DNA from: Kiritimatiellia bacterium
Lineage (GTDB): Bacteria > Verrucomicrobiota > Kiritimatiellia > CAIQIC01 > Lenti-01
Assembly (NCBI GenBank): GCA_028681135.1
Contig: JAQUJC010000004.1
Location: forward strand, 8,107-72,106
DNA length: 64,000 nt
Direction of reading: 5' to 3'
Shown here: positions 8,816-17,200 of the stretch, one piece after another
Layout of the letters: each line of letters opens with the position of its first letter
Position numbering within the stretch: the stretch's first letter is position 1
Notes under the pieces: generated by a model
Told to the model about the DNA's origin: nothing
The model's input: the letters and a program-made list of their open reading frames with translations, nothing else
The model's database searches: none
Made by a program: the position numbers and the translations under genes

Positions 8816-8927
8816 TTTTCCATAGCGTGGAAAAATCACGAAAAAGTTTTCCATAGCGTGGAAAATTCGCCCAAACGTTTTCCATAGCGTGGAAAAAACG
8901 CAAAAAAGTTTTCCATAGCGTGGAAAA
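8816..8927. promoter_or_regulatory. Array of four identical 19-bp palindromes (TTTTCCATAGCGTGGAAAA) at an exact 31-bp period, lying in the divergent PadR / Ser-Thr-kinase intergenic region. It is a putative multi-site operator.
   Basis: The units start at 8816, 8847, 8878 and 8909. The palindrome is perfectly conserved while the 12-bp A-rich spacers diverge. The 31-bp period is about three helical turns. Confidence 0.7.
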
Positions 8928-9093
8928 CCGGCGCGATACCAAGGGGCCCATGAGACCGTCTGAAAGGGCTACGGGCCGACCCCTTTCCTCCAGGCCCCCA
9001 GTCCTTATTCATCGCCCTGATTCAGGATTTAGTTCCATCGCAATGCAATTTAGCAGTTTGCTTTCCTGTGCGTTTGAAGCAAAATGGCGCTTT

Positions 9094-11394
9094 ATGGAAA
9101 CTGACACTCGGTCATCTGCTCACCCCGACCTTCCGGGCTATGAGATTCAGCAGCGTCTGGGCACTGGGGGTACGGCCACGGTCTGGCTGGCCCGACAGAT
9201 ATCCCTTGATCGCGTCGTGGCCATCAAGGTGCTGTCCCCCAAACTGCTAACCGACCAGGACGCCCGAACTCAATTCCAGGAAGAAGCGCGCGCGGCCGCC
9301 AAAATTTCGCAAGCGGCCATTGTCAGTATTCTGGATTTTGGGGAACACGACGGCCGCCTGTACTATGTCATGGAATATGTGGCCGGCACCAACCTCGCCG
9401 AATGGATACAGCAAAATCAGCGCATGGCCCACGGCCAGGTGCTCAAACTCGCTGAGATCATCGCCAACGCGCTCGACGCGGTGTGGCGCGAGACCTCCCT
9501 GATCCACTGCGACATCAAACCCGGCAACATCTTGCTCGGTGCCGATGGGGCGGTCAAGCTGACCGACCTGGGACTCGCCCGCATTGCCGGCTCCGCCGCC
9601 ACCCGCAGCGTCTCCGAAAATATTGAGGGGACCCCCTCGTACATTGCGCCCGAACAAATCGAAGGCCTCGAGCCCGACTGTCGCTCCGACATCTATTCGC
9701 TGGGCCTCAGCCTCTACCATCTTCTTACCGGCAACCCGCCCTTTGCCGATCGTGCCCTTCAGGATATTCTCGACGCCCAACAATCCGATTATCTCCCCGA
9801 TCCCTGCGACCTACTGCCGCGCCTGCCGGTCTCCTACGGGTGGTTATTGGCCAAAATGACCGCCAAAAACCCCGCCAAACGCCCGCAAAATTGGAGCGAA
9901 GTGCTCAAGGACCTCCACCAGATCAAGACTGGCAAATCGCCCCTGCCGCCCTATCCCGGCGAAGACGAAAGCACTATCCTGCTCAATCCCCGCCATCGCC
10001 CCGCCGCGCGCGCCAATACCATCAACCTATCCGCCGCCGGCAAAAAGGCCATCACGGTCTCCGCGTCCCACAACGCCCTCATCAGCCAACAGAAGCGCGG
10101 CTCTGCTTCCGCGCGGGCATCTTCCGGCGGGGGCTGTCTCCGCTTCCTGTTCTTTTTGATATTTTTGGCTGCCGTTCTGGGGGGCATCTGGCTATTGGCC
10201 TTCAGGAACCACCCCGAGCGCGTGGCGCAGCTAAAGGCCGTCCTCCAAGGCCACCCCCCACCCCCCCCCGCCCAGGCACCCGAACTGCAGCAACGCGACT
10301 CTGACCCGCCCCCCCCCGCTCCCGCGCCGGTCGAGTCGGTCGAGGAGGGGCCAGCCGCGGAACCCGAATCGTTGTCCGCCAGTACCGGCACCGTCACCCC
10401 CGGTGCCTGGAACCATCCCGGGTTCATCCAGGCCGCCAATCTCTTCAACGAAACTCTCACCCAATATCAGCAGCACCTGAAAAAGCCCGATCCCGCCAAT
10501 CCGGCCCTGCCTGGTCTGATCGCCGATGCCCAATATGCGGCCTTGCTGTTTGAAACCATCCGCGCCGACGCCCCCGACTCCGTGCCCGTCACCCACTATG
10601 CCAACCAGTGCTATCAACTGGTCAACGATCTGCGCCGCGCGCGCATGACGCTGGATGCCAAGCGCAATCGGCATGATCTGGCCCCCAAAAAACGTCATCC
10701 CGAGCTAGCCCCCTACCCCCTCCCCGAGGGTGACTCCACCGACCCCTTTGCGATGCACCACGGGCAATACGGCTATGCCTGGGATACCCTGCCCGCCCCG
10801 ATTGATCGTCCGGAGACGACCGAATTTATTTTGCTGCTCTCCGCCATTGCCACCCCCTCCCCCGACACCCGCATCCAATCCGGGTCGTATTTGCATGGCC
10901 CCTTGCGCGGCCTTGTGAGCCTGGAGGAGGCCCGTCGCCTCTTGAAGGTGCCCCCCGAACCCCGGACCCCCATCGAAGGCGCCCCCTTCCCCTATGGTGG
11001 ATTCTTCCAGACCACCTACCCCGCCAGCAAGCTCGGCTCCATCGGCCCCGGACAGCCGACCTATCCGCATATCCGGTTGATTACCGACGCAGAAGACCAA
11101 CTCGTCGCAGTTCAGCTCATTGATGAACACCCCGCCCCTCCCCTGCAAACGTCTCCGATGGCCTTTTCCACGGCCTCCCAGATCATGGACTTTGTCACCG
11201 GCCGCACGCTGCCCTCGAAGGGCGACATTCGCGCCCACCACAACACCCTGCGCGGCACCGGCACCTTACGCATTGACTCCGAAGTCGCCGATTTTGCCTC
11301 AGAATCCGATCCCACGCCAGTATTCCGCTCTGTGCTGCTGCTGCCCCAGCCCGTCGCCAACAATTTATTGTATCATCTGATGGGCACTCGCTAA
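9094..11394 (+). CDS. Hanks-type serine/threonine protein kinase. It has one TM helix and a ~380-aa C-terminal extracytoplasmic domain of unknown type.
   Basis: Kinase motifs are present: GTGGTATVW (glycine loop), AIK, HCDIKPGNILL, DLGLAR and GTPSYIAPE. A TM helix (LRFLFFLIFLAAVLGGIWLLAF) and a Pro-rich linker follow. The start is placed at the METDTR ATG (9094) because the track start at 8920 would lie inside the operator array. An alternative start is at 9042. Confidence 0.8.
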   Translation: METDTRSSAHPDLPGYEIQQRLGTGGTATVWLARQISLDRVVAIKVLSPKLLTDQDARTQFQEEARAAAKISQAAIVSILDFGEHDGRLYYVMEYVAGTNLAEWIQQNQRMAHGQVLKLAEIIANALDAVWRETSLIHCDIKPGNILLGADGAVKLTDLGLARIAGSAATRSVSENIEGTPSYIAPEQIEGLEPDCRSDIYSLGLSLYHLLTGNPPFADRALQDILDAQQSDYLPDPCDLLPRLPVSYGWLLAKMTAKNPAKRPQNWSEVLKDLHQIKTGKSPLPPYPGEDESTILLNPRHRPAARANTINLSAAGKKAITVSASHNALISQQKRGSASARASSGGGCLRFLFFLIFLAAVLGGIWLLAFRNHPERVAQLKAVLQGHPPPPPAQAPELQQRDSDPPPPAPAPVESVEEGPAAEPESLSASTGTVTPGAWNHPGFIQAANLFNETLTQYQQHLKKPDPANPALPGLIADAQYAALLFETIRADAPDSVPVTHYANQCYQLVNDLRRARMTLDAKRNRHDLAPKKRHPELAPYPLPEGDSTDPFAMHHGQYGYAWDTLPAPIDRPETTEFILLLSAIATPSPDTRIQSGSYLHGPLRGLVSLEEARRLLKVPPEPRTPIEGAPFPYGGFFQTTYPASKLGSIGPGQPTYPHIRLITDAEDQLVAVQLIDEHPAPPLQTSPMAFSTASQIMDFVTGRTLPSKGDIRAHHNTLRGTGTLRIDSEVADFASESDPTPVFRSVLLLPQPVANNLLYHLMGTR

Positions 11395-11409
11395 TACGGG
11401 AGCGCGACC

Positions 11410-12135
11410 ATGACCATTTTGGAGCATTTAATATCCACCCTCGACCTCGATGCCCCCGTCCGCGCCATCCGCCTGGGGATGTTTCACACCGCCGTGCTGA
11501 CCCGCCGCTGCGGACTCGCCGCCAGCCTGCCACGCGATGCCCTGCGCCAGAGCCCGCCGATGGTCCGCAACCCCGGCCAGCTTCTCGATTGGAGCGCGGC
11601 GGCCCTGGTTGGCTTGGCCCATTCAGAGCACCTGCTCGAAGCCGCCATCGGCATGGCCACCCTCAACTCCCTGCTGGAGGTGGACGAAAGCGCCTGCCAG
11701 GAACTCAATGCCTCCAACTACATCCTGGAAAAAGGGCGTGACCGCAATGTCGTGGTCGTCGGTCATTTTCCGTTCCTGCCCACTATCCGCGACGTCGCCC
11801 GCAATCTCTGGGTGCTGGAAAAGAATCCCCGTTCAGGCGATCACCCCGCCGAGCAAGCCGGGGAGCTGGTCCCGCAAGCCGATGTCGTGGCCATCACCGG
11901 CACCACCCTCACCAACCACACCCTGGAATCCCTGCTGCCCCTGTGTCGGCCAGACGCTTTTGTGATTCTGCTCGGCGACACGGCCCCCCTTTCCCCCGTC
12001 CTATTCGATTACGGCGTCTCCGCTGTTGCCGGCACCGTTGCCAACCAGCCCGAGGTCGTCCTGCGCCACATCTCCCAAGGCGCCACCTACCGCCAAATCC
12101 GCGGCATCCGCCGCCTCACCCTCCTCAAACCCTGA
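11410..12135 (+). CDS. DUF364/DUF4213-like Rossmann-fold protein (putative heavy-metal chelation domain family), probably in an operon with the kinase.
   Basis: The 241-aa ORF begins 15 nt after the kinase stop. The family assignment comes from overall pattern recognition only (RNVVVVGHFPFL ... DVVAITGTTLTNHT). No catalytic motif was identified. Confidence 0.45.
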   Translation: MTILEHLISTLDLDAPVRAIRLGMFHTAVLTRRCGLAASLPRDALRQSPPMVRNPGQLLDWSAAALVGLAHSEHLLEAAIGMATLNSLLEVDESACQELNASNYILEKGRDRNVVVVGHFPFLPTIRDVARNLWVLEKNPRSGDHPAEQAGELVPQADVVAITGTTLTNHTLESLLPLCRPDAFVILLGDTAPLSPVLFDYGVSAVAGTVANQPEVVLRHISQGATYRQIRGIRRLTLLKP

Positions 12136-12654
12136 CGGTCGTCGGGACTGGCAGGGGTGCGATTGGATATTGATTTGATGACGCAGCACAAATGGCCATG
12201 CCGCCATTACGGTCTTTCCCTTTGAACCGGGACCGGGAAGGGTATCAGACAGCTACGGATTTCGCGGATGAAAAATGGGGGGACCAGACCGGGACGGGGT
12301 CGTCCCGGCTCCATTCCAATCGTTTTTGGAGCCCCTGACGACCTCGTCGGAGGATGATCCCGGACGGCATGCGGCTCCGCCATCGCCGACAGGCTGTCCC
12401 TCACAAAATCGTATTTGTGTCCATCGGTGTTCATTCGTGGTTGGGTTGTCCCCCCCCCTTCCAGTCATGGTGAGCGCAGTCGAACCATCGCGGAGATTCC
12501 TCGACCGGCTCCATGCTATGGAAACCCCGGCTCTCGTAGCGTGGACCTCCCGGTCCGCGCCTCTTCCCGTTCCGTTGCGCGGCTTCTTCTGTTCGGCGCG
12601 GACCAGTGGTCCATGCTACGGGGAGCCCCTTCCCTGTTTTCATATAATCCATAT

Positions 12655-12760
12655 GACTGCCCATCCACCGGGCTTGTACCGGTGTGCTTAAGGTTGTGCA
12701 GCCATAATAACTGCCCCGCCAACCTAACCATCCCCGGGACAAGCCCGGGGGATTTTCCCA
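12655..12760. repeat. Dispersed structured element, family B, copy 1. Two copies of the hairpin CCGGGCTTGT(A/C)CCGG in opposite orientation bracket a conserved ~50-nt loop.
   Basis: The copy is near-identical to the one at 50208..50310. It reads gactgcc(c/t)atccaccgggcttgt(a/c)ccggtgtgcttaagg...aaccatcccc(g)gGacaagcccggggg. The outer stems are mutually complementary over ~15 nt. Confidence 0.6.
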
Positions 12761-12899
12761 ATCCTGCACAATCCTGTTAATTGCCACTCCGTTCGCAACG
12801 CTCACTCGTTCGCTCCGTCAGCGGAGCGCTATAGACTTCGCGTTCGCCCTGCGTCCGGCTGGTGCCGGACTTGAGCTCGGCACTCAGCTATTCTGTCTA

Positions 12900-13070
12900 A
12901 ACTGGCTGCCCCCTTCCCTCCCCCTTTGCGTCTTCGCGTCTTTGCGTGAGACAGCTGTTTATTGAACGCGGGCAGGACGGAGCCTGCCCCTCCAGAAATC
13001 TCATTCGTGTGATTCGTAGTTTCTCTTCTCCGTTGTTCTTTCCTGAGTTCATGAGTTCAAATTCATTCCC
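12900..13070. repeat. Dispersed intergenic element, family A, copy 1 (gcgtctttgcgtgagac ... cattcgtgtNattNgtagt ... TTCCTGAGTTCATGAGTTCA(A/G)ATTCA).
   Basis: The same composite motif recurs at 46100..46260 and 50380..50545. A short variant sits at 50313..50337. Confidence 0.6.
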
Positions 13071-13087
13071 CTCTGGAAGTGGACAAA

Positions 13088-13120
13088 AAAACGCCGCGGA
13101 TTTCTCCGCGGCGAGTTTTC
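13088..13120 (-). terminator. Rho-independent terminator closing the ~19-kb minus-strand operon.
   Basis: The minus-strand RNA would read cgccgcggagaaauccgcggcg followed by UUUUUUU. This is a 9-bp GC stem with a 4-nt loop and a run of seven T residues. It lies 14 nt after the lipoprotein stop. Confidence 0.75.
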
Positions 13121-13133
13121 CGGCAGATGGATG

Positions 13134-14114
13134 CTACCCAGGTTCTTCGGCCCCTTCTTCACCGCCTCCACTGACGACTGGAACAGAGGTCGTCTGGCCA
13201 GAGATGTTGCCCGTCTTGCCGCCAATCTCGATCCAGTTACCATTGAGGGTGCGCCCAGTAAAGACCCTGGCCGCCACCGTTCCTTGCAACGTACCCACAA
13301 TCTTGACGTTCACACCCGCCTTGCTGATACCCTCGCATTCAAAGGATGCCACGATGCTATCCCCATCCGTTGGCAAGGGGCTTTCCTGATACGTGTACTT
13401 GGCGGACTTATCATTGCCCTCTTCATCGGCCCCCACCTGGGTGATGTCCGTGTTTTGACTGCCGGATGCCGACTGCATCTTCTTGATCCGACCGCTATAG
13501 GTGGCGCCATTGTTGTCGGTGAACGTCAGGTGCTGCCCTTGATGCATAATATTGAATGAATAGATACTGAACCGGGTTGATCCGGGTCTGGCACCGCTCC
13601 CAGAAGCCCCCTCGTTGGACACTTCATATGAATAGCTCGCACGAACAATGCCGTTAAAGACCGGCCCGATCACACCTGGATTCAGGGAATAGGTCCACGT
13701 TCCAGCCACATAAGAAATGGTTCCAGACCCCTGCCCTCCGCTCAGGAGACCGTTCCCATCGTCCGAGATACTATCCCACAGCACACCCGAACTATTGCTA
13801 AAGTCGATTTTCACGGATCCGGCAGAAATGTTGCCCTTCGTGAGCTTGCCCGAAAAAACAGTCTGCCCTCCCGAAAACCCTGGCTGGCTTTCATTTGAAA
13901 CCGAGAGAATGTTTGTGCTGCCAGGCGTGGCAGGCGTGGTGGTGTAATCGGTCACCAGAAAACCACCAGCCGCACTACGGTACACCCCGCTGAAGTTGAC
14001 CCAATCATAGGAGGAACTCCAGCTTTCGCCGTCACTGGTTGACGTCCACTCGCATCCCATGAGACCCAGCGCCGCTATTGCTGCGCACATACCGATTAAT
14101 ATAATCCGTTTCAT
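13134..14114 (-). CDS. Putative lipoprotein of unknown function, rich in Ser/Gly/Thr. It is the last gene of the giant-protein operon.
   Basis: The signal peptide plus lipobox reads MKRIILIGMCAAIAALGLMGC. No catalytic motifs are evident. GC content is lower than in neighbouring genes. Confidence 0.6.
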   Translation of the reverse strand: MKRIILIGMCAAIAALGLMGCEWTSTSDGESWSSSYDWVNFSGVYRSAAGGFLVTDYTTTPATPGSTNILSVSNESQPGFSGGQTVFSGKLTKGNISAGSVKIDFSNSSGVLWDSISDDGNGLLSGGQGSGTISYVAGTWTYSLNPGVIGPVFNGIVRASYSYEVSNEGASGSGARPGSTRFSIYSFNIMHQGQHLTFTDNNGATYSGRIKKMQSASGSQNTDITQVGADEEGNDKSAKYTYQESPLPTDGDSIVASFECEGISKAGVNVKIVGTLQGTVAARVFTGRTLNGNWIEIGGKTGNISGQTTSVPVVSGGGEEGAEEPG

Positions 14115-14222
14115 CCTGTCCCGTCTCCTTGCTAGATGCTACAACATTTGCTTACTTTAAACTGTTTATTCATCTGGCGTCAACGCCATTTGCTGGAGGC
14201 GACTAGTCGCCCCCGGCCAACG

Positions 14223-17200
14223 CTACTCCACGTACCGAATACGGAAGAACTTGGTGCCCCGACCGGGTGCGGGCGACACCGTGTTAGTATAAACCCCAGG
14301 CTGGGTGACCGCCGCCCGGAATTCCTCTTTCCACCCGCCTGGGGCCAGATTGGTGGCCGATTGGACCACGACGACTTTAGGCATGAGGCCAAGCACCTCG
14401 TAGGTCAACAAGAGCTGCTCTCCACTCTTCACCAGTGGTCCAACTGTCAGTTTAGGAATAGCCAGGGGCGCTGGATAGGTTTGGGTGGGATCTCTTCCCT
14501 GCGCAAAATTATCAATGTCTTTCCAGCCATCGCCACTCAAGTTGGACTGACCGTTCATGGTGGTGAGATTGCCCGCATAGCGATATTCATACGAGTCGAC
14601 GATTCCATCGTTATCGGTATCGGCATCGTAGATGACCAGATCGTTACCTGAATATTCGGCTAAGTTCCTGATCTTTATCCGTTTTTCAGCATAATCCACG
14701 CTATAGATAGTTGGGGTGTCAACGGTCCGGTCGTCCCGGCTGCCCTTGACCAACCCCCAGTTCTCGCCTTCATCCAGCACGCCATTGTTGTTTCGGTCGT
14801 AGAAGGCACGGACATGGAAATCACCAATCTCAACCCCCATCAGACTATACTCCCAATAGCCCGACCGGGGAATGGCCAACGCCTTGATCAAGACGCCGTT
14901 GCCGGAATACGCTTCGGCCACGATCTGAGCGTTAGATTCCCATCCATAGTAGTAAATGCGCCCCTTAATCATGGCGGCCCCGCCCTTTGCCGGCGGCTTG
15001 AAGCTCACCGCGAAATTCACCCAGTCGCTGGTGACGGATGCGCGCGGGTTGTAAGCCCGGACCTGGATGCGATACTGGCCATTCGTGAGAGCTCCGAAGC
15101 CAGCCAGCAACGGCAAATCAATTTCCGCATTCCCATCCAGGTTCACATAAGGCCGGTATTGGGTGGTGTTCAACACCGTCTGACCCGTTGCCGCATTCTG
15201 GATTTGAATCTGAATCCTGGTGGTATTAGGGTCCAGTTTCATGCGCAGTTTTTCGCGGGCAAAAATAAGATTGCCCGTCGGATATTCAACCACCGGCTTC
15301 GCTAGGGAGGACGGATAGGCGATCGCATTGGTCCCGCTGGCGAACACAACGCCATCGACAGTTCCAACCGTCCACTCATAGGAGCCGTACATCGGCTCGA
15401 TACCGCCCAGTTTCAGATCCATTTCCATAATGTTCGGGCGGCCCAGCGACTCAAGGTTGCGGGTGGTCGAGTAGATGATCGGTTTGCCCGCCTCGCTCAG
15501 CGCTTTGATCGCGACCCGGTAGGTGGTTCCAGCGACGTGCGCGATCGCCTCTTGAATCGCACCCATCTGCTGTTCCCAGGAGAAACGAATATATCCGGCG
15601 GGCTTGTCAGTTAGAGGAATCTTGATGTTCACTGCACCCAACTGGATGTCTTCTATACCGCTCTCGCTAAAGCCGAGCCACTCACCTGCATTCCACTTGC
15701 CATCGGCATTCATATCGATAAACGCCATGAAAATATTGGGACCTTTGTGTACATGGCCAATCGACCATTCAGTGACAGTTGCCATCGTTCCACTTTCAAA
15801 GACGCTTTGGACGGGAATCAGGACTTGAGCGTCTGGTGCCTGCATTTCAAGATCGGAAAAGGCCCACACAATCAAAGCCACAGCATCCGGCTCCAGATAA
15901 CCATCATCTGATATCTCAAATTCGGTAGCCACTACATATTCAAGAGCTTGGCCATAAAAATTGAACTTAAACTGGGGCAAAGGAAACGATTTTCCATCGT
16001 CTGGCCTTGTCGGGGATACAATGGTTCTATCCACAATTTCCCATTGGACATCCCAAGTTTGATTGCTTGCTATCCAGTTTGATACTGCTTGATAGCTATA
16101 ATCAACACCGGTTCCCAGATACTCGGACAAGTTATCCCAGCCATCGTTATCTGGATCGAGGTTGGGATCGTATCGCCGCGGGCTGCAGGCTAGCGGGAAG
16201 ATCGACTCCCAGGCATCGGGCATTTTGTCGGTATCCGTGTGCAGGGTGCCATAGGTCGCACCAGTGGTGGGGCTGTCATAGTCGCCTCGACCATCGCCAT
16301 CGGAATCGAATCGATTGGGATCAGTTCCGGCCTGCAATTCCGCCCAGTTGTTCAGACCGTCGTGGTCTGGGTCGCCCCAGGCACCAAAAGTGAAGTCGGC
16401 CGGGTCGTAGACATAGCCGACCTCGTCGCCAGGCGAGCTATTCCCATCGGGGTCCATGCCATTCAAGATATCCCACCAGTTGGGAATGCCATCGTAGTTG
16501 TTGTCTTCCTGGAAGGGATATTCGGCCGGATCCAACTCTACGAACTGGACATCGCTGATCATTTGACCGGCATAATCCCAATCCAATGGATTCTGGTAAT
16601 CTTCCAGAGTGAACCCGCCATCATCCGCCGGATAATAGCCGGCTAAGGCCAACCGATAGATCTGGATGGGATCCGTGAGGATCGAGGGATAATCGCCGGT
16701 CTCCATGCGCATGGCCGGAAAAATATACACTCCCGGTTCCTCTGCGTTGTCCTTTACTATTGCGCGATCTTCCGCCAACTCGCTGCGCTGGAAGTCAAAG
16801 TTGAAGTAGGTGATCAAACCGGGTTCGTTGCCGTACAGGCTTTGCTTGTTATAGAGGTTCAGCTCTCCGCGGGACAAACCGCGATTCCAGACCCGGACTT
16901 CGTCGGCATCGGCCGCAAGCTGATGGCCAATCGAGAGCGGACCTGCCAGGCTGCGAACCCCCCAGTTCACAATTTTCTCTCCCAAGGGCACCAGGGTAGG
17001 ATCCTGGACGGCATCGATGATTCCATCTACATATAAGGCCGCCTTGTTGGCATCACGCACATAGGCGACATGATGCCACTCCCCATCATTAATGGGCATG
17101 GCCCCGACGATATTATTGACGGTGGGATTCAAGATGACCTCAGACTCATCGATCACACCTTCTTCCCCTTCTTCCTCCTTGGTATAGGCGAGCACCCAGC

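Noticed and set aside
8816-8927. The four repeats with short spacers looked superficially CRISPR-like.
   Set aside because: The repeat is 19 bp and the spacers only 12 bp. There are only four units and no cas genes. The repeat is itself a perfect palindrome at helical phasing, which is more consistent with an operator array.
8769-8951. 60-aa minus-strand ORF spanning the operator array, and the 8920 start of the kinase ORF.
   Set aside because: The ORF consists of translated repeat units and lies in a regulatory intergenic region. The kinase start was moved to an ATG downstream of the array.
12136-13133. Whether the ~1-kb gene-free region hides a protein-coding gene or a known ncRNA such as tmRNA, SRP, 6S or RNase P.
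   Set aside because: The only ORFs are short, overlapping and compositionally odd. No conserved ncRNA signatures were recognised. Examples sought were the tmRNA GGGGCUGA start with a CCA end and the SRP GGUGCUGUUUACC region. The region is instead occupied by repeat families A and B and the operon terminator.
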